From a virus (lineage: Duplodnaviria > Caudoviricetes), in the IMG/VR virus record IMGVR_UViG_3300023281_000932, positions 1 to 26,829 of that record: a stretch of 26,829 nt of DNA; one strand, written 5' to 3'. Under the pieces are notes generated by a model. The model had not been told where the DNA came from and made no database searches. It was given only the letters and a program-made list of their open reading frames with translations. Each line of letters begins with the position of its first letter. The first letter of the stretch is position 1. This document shows positions 16,920 to 25,224 of the stretch, in pieces. The translations under genes were made by a program, and so were the position numbers.

Positions 16920-18491
16920 ATGGCATTAATAGAAGATCAACCACTGCCGACTACTATAGAAGATGTGAACATAGCTGCCTTTACTCCAGATACAAACCAG
17001 GTAACTTCACAGTTTGCAGAATTCTATGGTGCTCCATCAGTAGCAACAACACCGGCAGGACCAGGTGCATTACCATTACCGACTCCGCAACCTGGACTCA
17101 GTGGACCAACACAAACAATAACAGGTCCATCAGGAGAACAGTTTTCAGTAGGACCTACAGGAGTAACTCCTTTAGGTTTTCCATCTGCAACTCCAGCAGC
17201 AGTAACTCCAGTAACTCCAGCAGCACCTTTTGATATAAACGCGTTCATAGAAAGTATGGTTCCTTCAGTGGATCCAGACGCTTACGCTCTCGCATTAGAA
17301 CAACAGCTGGCTACACTGGGAGAGACTGAATCATTTTTATCAGGTGAGATAGCAGGGGAAACAGAAAGAAGAGAAGCAGAGATACAGGCAGAACTAGCTA
17401 TACAGCAAGCTTCATTGGCAGATATGTATGCTCCTAGATATGAGGAGCTAGAGCAAGGATTGCTAAGGGCTCAAGAATCAGCAGCGTTTGGTTCAGCAGC
17501 AGCAGGTTCAGTAAGAGGAAGTAGAGCAGCACAGAAACAAGTGGACTTATCTCAACAAGCAGCTAAAGCAGAGCACGCCTTAGCAGCAGAACAAGGTATG
17601 CAATTAAGGTTAATCGAAGCGCAGTTAAGAGGAGAACCTGATGAGGTACTAGATGGTTTAAAAAGTAGGATGTCTTCTTTAAGTGCTACAAGACAACAGC
17701 TACAGACACAGATGGTATTAGCTGAAGAAGAGCTACTAGGAATACAGGCAACTATGGCAGCTGAAGCACAAGAAAAGCAGTTGCAACTGATACTGGATAA
17801 CTTAGCGGCTGAAGGTTTAACTATAAATCCGCTCACGGGGGAGACAGTAACTACCTTAGAAGGAGAGAAGATTAAGTCTAATACAGCTTTGGCAGACGCT
17901 AAGACAGCAGAGATATATACGCAACTACAACAACCAGACTTACAGGTTGAATATTTCAATGACGAAATGGGAAACACATACGCTAACGTAGTTGACTTAA
18001 AGACAGGGACGTCAGAAACACTAGACCTAGGAAGGCTTAACGCAGCACAGAAGTGGGCTATAGAAGCTTTGAATGCTCCAGTGCTATCAAATTATGGTGG
18101 AACATCTGGTGGAGGATATGGAGGAACAGCCGGAGGAACAGTTGGTGAAATAGGCGTGGCAGGAGAAACAATAGATCCTATAGTCGCTGCTGCACAAGCC
18201 ATGCTGGCTAACGGGGAAACTGTTGGCTCTTTATATAACAGTATGCAATCAGGAGGAGAACTTTCTCAATCACTTACGGCAGGTGGTTTCACGGCAGCTG
18301 AGAAGAATGCAATTGCACAAGCCATGTATGAGTTGACTCCGCTTGAGTCTCCAGCTTATTACCAAGGGGTTGGTGTTACGCAGGCACTTGGAGAATCTCC
18401 TGCTGCCACGGCCGCAAAAACAGGAAGCGCCGGCTTTGCGAAGGGGCTAGAGGTAACGAGTGATTACCTTAAAGGTTTATTTGGACTTTAA
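16920..18491 (+). CDS. Internal virion / DNA ejection protein (putative)
   Basis: Pro-rich N-terminus, long A/Q/E coiled coil and Gly-rich linker, positioned after the tail genes. Confidence 0.6.
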   Translation: MALIEDQPLPTTIEDVNIAAFTPDTNQVTSQFAEFYGAPSVATTPAGPGALPLPTPQPGLSGPTQTITGPSGEQFSVGPTGVTPLGFPSATPAAVTPVTPAAPFDINAFIESMVPSVDPDAYALALEQQLATLGETESFLSGEIAGETERREAEIQAELAIQQASLADMYAPRYEELEQGLLRAQESAAFGSAAAGSVRGSRAAQKQVDLSQQAAKAEHALAAEQGMQLRLIEAQLRGEPDEVLDGLKSRMSSLSATRQQLQTQMVLAEEELLGIQATMAAEAQEKQLQLILDNLAAEGLTINPLTGETVTTLEGEKIKSNTALADAKTAEIYTQLQQPDLQVEYFNDEMGNTYANVVDLKTGTSETLDLGRLNAAQKWAIEALNAPVLSNYGGTSGGGYGGTAGGTVGEIGVAGETIDPIVAAAQAMLANGETVGSLYNSMQSGGELSQSLTAGGFTAAEKNAIAQAMYELTPLESPAYYQGVGVTQALGESPAATAAKTGSAGFAKGLEVTSDYLKGLFGL

Positions 18492-18505
18492 TAACATGAA
18501 ACAGA

Positions 18506-21379
18506 ATGGCAAAATATGACTACCTAAAAAATATAAAATCTGCGGGAGTAACGACTGCGCCTATAGCCTCAGCAGTAACAACTGCACCAACAACTGTAGG
18601 GAAATATGATTACTTAAAAGATTTAAAATCTACTCCAGCACTTGCTCCTGTACCTGAAAAGATCTTCTCGGGTGGAAAGGTTATGGATTTAATAGACGTA
18701 CTTACTATTCCTCAGTACATGCTAACAGGTGCGTTATCTTCCGACTACACTGTGAAAGAAGCTATAGACCAAATGATAAGTCCTAAAGATATATTAGGAC
18801 TGGACGGCGTTGCAGGTTTCGTAGTGGACGTTTTGACTGACCCGTTGTCCTACGTTGGTGTTGGCGTACTTACAAAAGCTGGAAAGGGTTTGGCTAAGCT
18901 TGGGAAAGGAGCAAAGACTTTAGGAGGAGCAGCTGTTAAAGGAGAGCGTGCATTGGTGGGTGCTAGTATTCCATTTACGGATATAACAATTCCTTTGATA
19001 AAAGGGGAGAAAATAATGAAGGGTTTAACAAAAGCAGGAGAAGCATTTAAGTCTCTGCCTGTAGGTGCAAAGAATGTAGGTAAAGTTTTAGAAGAAACGT
19101 TTGGCCTATTGCCTGCAACTGGCAAGGCAACTATAACTGGTATAGAAGAAGTAGCTAAACGTAATAGTGAGTTAAGGGCTATGACTAAACAGTTCACTAG
19201 AACTAAGCGTGTGATAGATGCATTAAATATAGAGAAGATACTTCCGGTAAAGAAGTCTTTGGATAAACTGTTAAAGGATGGGGTGGTTACATCTGCTGAT
19301 GTTTTAAAATTTGCAGACAACGCAAGGCTTCTAGCAAGTGGTGCAACTAAAGGCTTTAATAAACTACCAACTGCTTTGGCTAAAGTGTTTGATGATTTCA
19401 CGCCTATTATAACAGAAGCAAAGACTGTAATTACTGAGGTACTTCCAGAAGAGCTAGCACAGAAAGGTTTTACTAACATTCCTTTAGCTGCTAAGAAAGC
19501 CAGTACAGATGTATCTGTAGGTGGCAAGATCTTAGGATCTAAAGAAGCGTTAGAAAAGTTTGCTGAGTTCTCCAAGGTAGGAGGCAGTGTAGCTAGAACA
19601 ACAAAGACAGCAGGGGAATTAATAGAGACAGGAGCTAAGATAGAAAACGTAGCTGGTAAATGGTTTGATGTAGATACAGCTACTAAGATCAAAGCTTTAA
19701 ATAAAAGGGAAGACTTTTTAAAGATGGAAATAAGAGAGCTTAAAAAAGATGGAGCTTCTATTGATAGGGTGGGGGCAGCGCAAACCAAGCTAGATAGTTT
19801 GCAGGTAAATAGACAAGCATTACAAACCAAAGGGATGGACCGTACAGGAGCTAGTTCTGTTGAAGTAAATACAGCGTTAAAGAAGATCGGCCAAGAGCCA
19901 GTGTTTAAAGAGGACGTATTCGAAGAAGCGTTTGCAACTTTATCAGGAGCTCAGAAGGTGAGATCTAGGACAGAGGTAATTAATGCGATTAAAGATAATC
20001 CTAAACTTGTTACTCCTTATGAGGGGAAGATTGTTCCTAAAGGATTAGTTAAGGTTAACATACCAGAGCTAAAAGGATATGCAGCTGCGCCTGACGTAGC
20101 ACAAGCTTTAGAGAAAACTTACTTCAGCTATAGTAAGCTCGGTCCAGTACAGGACTATTTACGTATATGGAACAATGCACAGAACAAACTCAAGGGAGTA
20201 CTTACGTACGTTAACCCGGCCTTCCATAGTAGGAATGCTATCTCTAATATATGGTTAGCTTTACAAGGCGGATTAAGAAGTCCTGCTAGTATTGTGAAGG
20301 GATATAAGATAATGAAAGATGTTGGTAAGTTCAGAGGGAAAGGATTAACGGGGGATAAATTATATAAAGCTCTAGGTAAAGACGGGAAAATACTTAAGGA
20401 GTTTATAGACGAAGGGCTAGGGGGAACGGGAGCATTTGGTGGAGACATTGAGAGGACACTGAAGGGACAGAACTGGGCGTTCGAATTAGGAGGAGATGTC
20501 GGTAACTACATAGAAGATTCTGGGAAGATGGCTTTATTTGATGACCTAAGGAAACAAGGCTTCACAAAAGAGGCGGCAGGTATGGAAGTAAGGAAGTTCC
20601 TATTCGACTATGGAGACTTAACAGATGTGGAAAGAGTATTGTTTAAGACTGCAATTCCTTTCTATGCGTGGATGCGTAACAATATCCCAATGCAGTTAGC
20701 TATGTTGATCCAGAAACCTGGTACTGTTTCTGTAGTGGGTAAAGCCAAGACAGCAATAGAGAGTATGGTTGAGGGAGAACCAATGAACGAAGAGCTCCTA
20801 CCTGAATGGATGAGAGAAGGTTTCAATATATACTTAGGAGAAAACCCAGAAGGTTTAAAGAACTACATGGCGTTAAAGGGATGGTTGCCAACGATTGATA
20901 TAGCTTCAGTTACAAAACCTTTCTCGACTATTGTAGAAGGAATAACTCCAATGTTTAAAACTCCTGTAGAGTTGGTTCTTAACTACGATTTCTTTTACGG
21001 GAAACCTATACAAGAGTTTGAAGGTGAACGTAGAACAGTCTTTGGTTTAGATATCCCAGGGTTATCTACGCCACAAGGTAGAAAGATTTTAGATTTAGTT
21101 AGGCCAATCAAAGATATAGAAAGACTTCTCGGCTTATCAGAGTGGGGATCACCAGCAGACCTGCCAGCTAGGCTAGCTAGATTTGTTGGAGGGTTAAACG
21201 TAAAAGGATATGACGAACAAAAGCAGATAGATATTCTAGACTACTTGTCAGATAAGGAAATTAGTAAAGCGAAAAGTGCTATGAAAAAAGCAGAGGAAAG
21301 AGGTGATGATGGTATGGCTCAAGAATTACAGGGACTGATAGACAAGCTAGAAGCTGGTATAATTAAACCTAAACTATGA
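18506..21379 (+). CDS. Large internal virion / ejection protein (putative)
   Basis: 957 aa with DVLTDPLSYVG, NPAFHSRNAISN and FLFDYGDLT..ER...IPFYAWMRNNIP motifs seen in large podovirus core proteins. Confidence 0.7.
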   Translation: MAKYDYLKNIKSAGVTTAPIASAVTTAPTTVGKYDYLKDLKSTPALAPVPEKIFSGGKVMDLIDVLTIPQYMLTGALSSDYTVKEAIDQMISPKDILGLDGVAGFVVDVLTDPLSYVGVGVLTKAGKGLAKLGKGAKTLGGAAVKGERALVGASIPFTDITIPLIKGEKIMKGLTKAGEAFKSLPVGAKNVGKVLEETFGLLPATGKATITGIEEVAKRNSELRAMTKQFTRTKRVIDALNIEKILPVKKSLDKLLKDGVVTSADVLKFADNARLLASGATKGFNKLPTALAKVFDDFTPIITEAKTVITEVLPEELAQKGFTNIPLAAKKASTDVSVGGKILGSKEALEKFAEFSKVGGSVARTTKTAGELIETGAKIENVAGKWFDVDTATKIKALNKREDFLKMEIRELKKDGASIDRVGAAQTKLDSLQVNRQALQTKGMDRTGASSVEVNTALKKIGQEPVFKEDVFEEAFATLSGAQKVRSRTEVINAIKDNPKLVTPYEGKIVPKGLVKVNIPELKGYAAAPDVAQALEKTYFSYSKLGPVQDYLRIWNNAQNKLKGVLTYVNPAFHSRNAISNIWLALQGGLRSPASIVKGYKIMKDVGKFRGKGLTGDKLYKALGKDGKILKEFIDEGLGGTGAFGGDIERTLKGQNWAFELGGDVGNYIEDSGKMALFDDLRKQGFTKEAAGMEVRKFLFDYGDLTDVERVLFKTAIPFYAWMRNNIPMQLAMLIQKPGTVSVVGKAKTAIESMVEGEPMNEELLPEWMREGFNIYLGENPEGLKNYMALKGWLPTIDIASVTKPFSTIVEGITPMFKTPVELVLNYDFFYGKPIQEFEGERRTVFGLDIPGLSTPQGRKILDLVRPIKDIERLLGLSEWGSPADLPARLARFVGGLNVKGYDEQKQIDILDYLSDKEISKAKSAMKKAEERGDDGMAQELQGLIDKLEAGIIKPKL

Positions 21380-22017
21380 TTGTAGCTGATTACTTAGACT
21401 ATGATACGGCAGAAGTGTGGGACCAGGGGAAGAGTATAACATGTACAGCACATGCATTCTTCACGTTACTAGCTGAACACATACAGCAGGAAACTGGTAA
21501 AGAAGTAGAGTTTGATTTCAAGAAACACTTTGCTTATATGGAAAGATATAGAGAGGCAGCTAAGATTGTGCGAGGAGACAAGACTATAAAGAAAAGAAGA
21601 GTAGAAGCTTTATGCATACTGGCTGAGAGTACAGGGTTCCTAACTAAGACAGGCGAACGAGTTGCAATAAAAAGATATAGACGTTGTCCATTTCTTAAAA
21701 ACTTTAAATTCCTATGCAAAACCATACAAAACACTGGGCCTCTTATCTTTGCAGTACACAGGTACAGCGGTCACAAATTAAACCCAAAGAATACAGACAT
21801 AGTAGACCCCGTGAAAGCAGGAGCAAAAAAGAAAAAGATGGGACATGCTATGATGATTAGGGGATTCGATACGCAGTCCAAGCTGTTCAAGTTCCAGAAC
21901 TCTTGGGGGAAAGAGGACTCAATAAGGTACATGCCGTTCGATGTCTTTAAAGATATAGTTAAATACGCATACATAATAGAAGGTGTATATATAGTTGATA
22001 AACCACAAACAAAATGA
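21376..22017 (+). CDS. Papain-family (C1) cysteine peptidase
   Basis: DQGKSITC (Q17/C23, the spacing of papain Q19/C25), GP motif, GHAMMIRGFD (catalytic His) and FQNSWG (catalytic Asn). Confidence 0.85.
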   Translation: MIVADYLDYDTAEVWDQGKSITCTAHAFFTLLAEHIQQETGKEVEFDFKKHFAYMERYREAAKIVRGDKTIKKRRVEALCILAESTGFLTKTGERVAIKRYRRCPFLKNFKFLCKTIQNTGPLIFAVHRYSGHKLNPKNTDIVDPVKAGAKKKKMGHAMMIRGFDTQSKLFKFQNSWGKEDSIRYMPFDVFKDIVKYAYIIEGVYIVDKPQTK

Positions 22018-22532
22018 TTACATGCAGTGTTCAAAACACAGGAATGTTTAACGGAGTATGGGTTCAAAAACGTCCAAGGATAACTCAGTACTTCGGAGAG
22101 AACCCACAAATATATTCTAAGTTTAAGATGAAAGGACATAACGGCCTAGACTATGGTGTGCCAGTTGGTACGAAAGTCTTTGCTCCTATGGATGGTATAG
22201 CTAAAGTTAAAGACTCAGGTGTAGAAGGTTACGGTTTACATGTTAAGATTCGTAACGAGTTTAAAGCAGCCGAGATGGTGATAGCTCATCTAAGCCGAGC
22301 AAGTGTAGTAAATGGAAGTAGGATCAGTGCTGGAGATCTAATCGGCTACAGTGGGAACACAGGCTTCTCAACAGGTCCTCACGTACATGAAGGCTTCAGA
22401 CTTCTAAAGCCAAGCGACGGAGACATATATACCTGGCAAGTTTTAAACTATGACAACGGGTATCTGGGATACATTGATTATATTGAGTGGGTAATATGCT
22501 GGAAGGGGACGTTAGTTAAAAATACTTTATAA
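22014..22532 (+). CDS. M23 family peptidase (endolysin)
   Basis: HNGLDY (HxxxD), GYG, AHLS and GNTGFSTGPHVH (HxH). Confidence 0.92.
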   Translation: MITCSVQNTGMFNGVWVQKRPRITQYFGENPQIYSKFKMKGHNGLDYGVPVGTKVFAPMDGIAKVKDSGVEGYGLHVKIRNEFKAAEMVIAHLSRASVVNGSRISAGDLIGYSGNTGFSTGPHVHEGFRLLKPSDGDIYTWQVLNYDNGYLGYIDYIEWVICWKGTLVKNTL

Positions 22533-22550
22533 TTTAATAATAATATAAAC

Positions 22551-22742
22551 ATGGATGAAGCTACAAAACAAAAGGTCCTGGAGCTAATACCGCTTCTTGA
22601 TAATGAGCTGCTAAATAACCTACTCAATGACGACGCTTACGCTGCAGACTTTGGGTACAGAGTTAGATGGAATTTAATTAATGATGCTGAGCTAGTATTC
22701 GTTAATGAGTTGGCAGACAAACTAGCAACGCTTAAAAACTAA
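22551..22742 (+). CDS. Hypothetical acidic protein
   Basis: 63-aa ORF with the window's typical A-rich start context. Confidence 0.6.
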   Translation: MDEATKQKVLELIPLLDNELLNNLLNDDAYAADFGYRVRWNLINDAELVFVNELADKLATLKN

Positions 22743-22764
22743 TCTATAATTTAACCAAATTATT

Positions 22765-22956
22765 ATGGCTAAACAAAAATGTAAACCTATATGGAAAAGT
22801 AAGACCATGTGGTTTAACGTTATCACTCTTGCATTAGGAGTGTTAGAAGTTATCAATGGAGTTTACCTAGTAGACTCACAACATTTACTGTTGATAAACG
22901 GTATAGGTAACCTACTTCTTAGGTATGTTACAGATACAGCTGTTGTCTTAAAGTAA
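22765..22956 (+). CDS. Holin-like two-TM protein
   Basis: WKSKTMWFN followed by two hydrophobic segments and NLLLRYVT; located near the endolysin. Confidence 0.7.
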   Translation: MAKQKCKPIWKSKTMWFNVITLALGVLEVINGVYLVDSQHLLLINGIGNLLLRYVTDTAVVLK

Positions 22957-23025
22957 AATATAATAGTAGTACTTGTCATTGCGTAGTCTTTGACTAGGTA
23001 TACCATGTATGCTATACAATATTAA

Positions 23026-23055
23026 TTGACAGGGAAAAGAAATTTTTCTTAGAAT
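23026..23055 (+). promoter_or_regulatory. sigma70-type promoter TTGACA-N18-TAGAAT
   Basis: TTGACA 23026-23031 and TAGAAT 23050-23055; predicted +1 near 23062. Confidence 0.65.
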
Positions 23056-23061
23056 GAGGCT

Positions 23062-23133
23062 CGGAAAGCACTGGTCACTGTTGGTCCCTCAACTCACTGA
23101 ATCTGGACTACAACAATACAGCGGTGCTTTTCG
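23062..23133 (+). ncRNA. Candidate small structured RNA (~72 nt)
   Basis: 12-bp closing stem (23062-73/23122-33), inner helices TGTTG/CAACA and GTCC/GGAC, and a 17-nt loop. It begins at the predicted +1 of the promoter. Confidence 0.5.
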
Positions 23134-23138
23134 TGTAT

Positions 23139-23327
23139 CTACTTGAATCTTTTCAGTCCTATCTTGTATCTTTTGTTTGGAGTGTTTAAGCTTTTATGTT
23201 TTGTTTTACGCCATTCGATTTCTGTTTCGGCAGTGCTGTCACCTCTCTTTGCTGCACGCTCTAGAATCTCTTGGTAGCTTAAGTTCTTTTTGTGCTGGGG
23301 CTTTTTGTTGTAATCTTTTTTTGGCAT
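23139..23327 (-). CDS. Small highly basic hypothetical protein
   Basis: 62 aa, K/R-rich, last gene of the leftward arm. Confidence 0.55.
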   Translation of the reverse strand: MPKKDYNKKPQHKKNLSYQEILERAAKRGDSTAETEIEWRKTKHKSLNTPNKRYKIGLKRFK

Positions 23328-23770
23328 TTTTTATTTGGTTTTTTTATATTGGTAGCTATCAGGTAGTAGTCACAGAACATCACACAATCCAGGATGTGCT
23401 CGCTTTCTATCTCTGGGTACTGGTCTTCGTAGAACAACGCTATGTCTTTCTTCTTAGCATTACCTTTTCCAAGAACAACCTTCTTACAAGTAGCGTCTTG
23501 TACTTCTATCACAAGTACATCTTTATATTCAGCAGCAGCTTCTATCACCCCAATCATTTTACCATGTGACATTATCACGTTGTAATGTCTAGTAGGATAT
23601 GGAATTAAAATAAGATCAGGCTGCCATAAGTTTATTAAATGTTTAACGTAAGTCTGTAATCCTAAAAGACTTTTCTTATACTGGTACTCTTCGGAGAACT
23701 CTAGCTCTTGGTCGATCATTACGGCCACACCACAGGTTACTCCTAAATCAATTGATAGTATTGTTAACAT
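23279..23770 (-). CDS. RuvC-like Holliday junction resolvase (atypical active site)
   Basis: ILSIDLG...GVA, PDLILI, IGVI, KKVVLGKGNAKKKDI and HILD follow the RuvC pattern. Confidence 0.8.
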   Translation of the reverse strand: MLTILSIDLGVTCGVAVMIDQELEFSEEYQYKKSLLGLQTYVKHLINLWQPDLILIPYPTRHYNVIMSHGKMIGVIEAAAEYKDVLVIEVQDATCKKVVLGKGNAKKKDIALFYEDQYPEIESEHILDCVMFCDYYLIATNIKKPNKKCQKKITTKSPSTKRT

Positions 23771-23776
23771 ACAAGT

Positions 23777-23899
23777 TTATAATAAAACTAAAATAAGTTT
23801 AAGCCAGGCTAGCTCGAGTAAGTAGAATAACCTGATCAAGATTTCCAAAGCAATTAATACTGCTACAACTTTTGCAAAGAAAGTGAGTGCGTTTTTCAT
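23777..23899 (-). CDS. 40-aa hydrophobic membrane peptide (not in ORF track)
   Basis: MKNALTFFAKVVAVLIALEILIRLFYLLELAWLKLILVLL*; it fills the gap and is preceded by TTTAAATAAAAACACT. Confidence 0.55.
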   Translation of the reverse strand: MKNALTFFAKVVAVLIALEILIRLFYLLELAWLKLILVLL

Positions 23900-23906
23900 A
23901 GTGTTT

Positions 23907-24743
23907 TTATTTAAAGGTTTCTGAGTATTTCTTTATCTCTATTAGTTCTTCTACTGTATAGCCGGGTTCAACGCCCTGCCTTTGAAGAATCAAATCTTTA
24001 TATCCGCTATAGTTAATAGCCCAAGGATGACCACTAATTACTTTCTGATTAGCCCTAGCTTTTTTAACTTCTGATTTAGATACCTTTGTCCAATCAATCT
24101 GGCTAGCCGGTATCTTGTATAGGTAATCTGGTTCAGGTTCTTGGCTAGGCAGAACATGATTTGTGTATAGGTCTTGCCATCTCTGGTAGGTATCGTGCAA
24201 ATTAAATCCATAATCCCCACAAAGAAATTGCTTCTCGTTTATTCTATGTAGTGTGAACTCAAACATCTTCCCGTTCCCACGTTCCATATAGAATAGCTTT
24301 CCTTTATCTTGATCTAATGCGTCCATGTAGATAGCAAGCTGCTTCAAGTAAGACTCCCTAGCTTTGCCCTGTTCTAACTGTTTCTGCTGCCAATACCCGT
24401 AAAAGGTTTTCACCTCTATGGGATAGCCATCTACATGTAGTGCATCTATATATCCAGAGATAGGAACTCCTAACCTATCCATTCGTATTCGTATTTGATC
24501 CTCGCTCTTCTGAACTTCACCAGCTGCAATCCACTGTTCTACTAAGGCTTCTTCCATCATCTTCCCTGCGTTCATTAACACTTGGGCCTCAGCCTTTATA
24601 GGGTTGGTTGGCTTAGTTCCCTTCCATCGGTGATAGATTTCAAAGAGCATTGTCTCGCTTTCTGAAGCCCAAAACGTATCCTTCTTCTTATCTCTTTCTC
24701 TTGGTTTCTCAAGGATCTTTCTTGTTTGTTTAATCAAGCTCAT
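23907..24743 (-). CDS. Cas4-like / PD-(D/E)xK exonuclease
   Basis: FWASE, GKMME, ISGYIDAL, PIEVKT and QLAIYM (RecB-family motifs). Confidence 0.85.
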   Translation of the reverse strand: MSLIKQTRKILEKPRERDKKKDTFWASESETMLFEIYHRWKGTKPTNPIKAEAQVLMNAGKMMEEALVEQWIAAGEVQKSEDQIRIRMDRLGVPISGYIDALHVDGYPIEVKTFYGYWQQKQLEQGKARESYLKQLAIYMDALDQDKGKLFYMERGNGKMFEFTLHRINEKQFLCGDYGFNLHDTYQRWQDLYTNHVLPSQEPEPDYLYKIPASQIDWTKVSKSEVKKARANQKVISGHPWAINYSGYKDLILQRQGVEPGYTVEELIEIKKYSETFK

Positions 24744-24906
24744 ATAAATTTTGGATTATTGCTGCAGTCTTCTTAGCTTCCATAACACTCTTCACACTGG
24801 GTGGTCTAATGTTCATTCTGCCTCCGCTATACTTAGCTATGTAAGCATTGAACGCTTTTTCATCTTCTGCTATTTGATGAATTGTTAAATGGTTAAATCC
24901 TTTCAT
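24730..24906 (-). CDS. 58-aa hypothetical protein (not in ORF track)
   Basis: MKGFNHLTIHQIAEDEKAFNAYIAKYSGGRMNIRPPSVKSVMEAKKTAAIIQNLYELD*; leader TTAACCACAAGACC. Confidence 0.6.
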   Translation of the reverse strand: MKGFNHLTIHQIAEDEKAFNAYIAKYSGGRMNIRPPSVKSVMEAKKTAAIIQNLYELD

Positions 24907-24923
24907 GGTCTTGTGGTTAAAGA

Positions 24924-25022
24924 TTAATGTCTAAGTTCTAAAAGCATATCGTCTATCCCAACTACAAGGATAAGATATAGAATAACGGCAACCTGTAATG
25001 CTCTCCATAAATAAGTTTTCAT
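24924..25022 (-). CDS. 32-aa single-TM peptide (not in ORF track)
   Basis: MKTYLWRALQVAVILYLILVVGIDDMLLELRH*; leader TTAACCAATAGTAAT. Confidence 0.55.
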   Translation of the reverse strand: MKTYLWRALQVAVILYLILVVGIDDMLLELRH

Positions 25023-25026
25023 ATTA

Positions 25027-25197
25027 CTATTGGTTAAGATTTTTACAATTATCTTCGGCTACCTCTGCGTATGGGTAGTCAAATTCTTTCTGGAACTTTT
25101 CGATGTCTTTGGTTAAACCTTTAGCTGCACAGCCGAAGCTGCAAAAGTAATCGCCGGCTCCCAATATCGGTTGGTCACATGTGTAACATTTGAGCAT
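25027..25197 (-). CDS. 56-aa CxxC...FCSxxC zinc-finger protein (TRASH/YacG-like; not in ORF track)
   Basis: MLKCYTCDQPILGAGDYFCSFGCAAKG...; first gene after the promoter at 25225-25253. Confidence 0.65.
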   Translation of the reverse strand: MLKCYTCDQPILGAGDYFCSFGCAAKGLTKDIEKFQKEFDYPYAEVAEDNCKNLNQ

Positions 25198-25224
25198 AGT
25201 ATGTTTGGTTATATGTTCGTAAAC

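Noticed and set aside
17160-17227. Short AGTAACTCC tandem repeats
   Set aside because: They are in frame and encode a VTP/PAA low-complexity linker, so the protein sequence explains them.
18850-19830. 326-aa antisense ORF, and the other minus-strand ORFs within 1118-22139
   Set aside because: They lie wholly opposite well-supported structural genes, have S/L/F/P-rich shadow composition, show no motifs and lack the phage start context.
1410-22017. Stop-codon reassignment (TGA or TAG read-through)
   Set aside because: Genes are full length under code 11, TGA terminates genes in ATGA overlaps, and TAG ends genes at 5348 and 12737.
23177-23569. 130-aa + strand hydrophobic ORF downstream of the 23026 promoter
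   Set aside because: It is antisense to the RuvC-like and basic genes, its F/L-richness mirrors their Lys codons, and it has no typical leader.
24038-24220. 60-aa alternative-frame ORF inside the Cas4-like gene
   Set aside because: It is nested in a conserved gene and has no independent signals.
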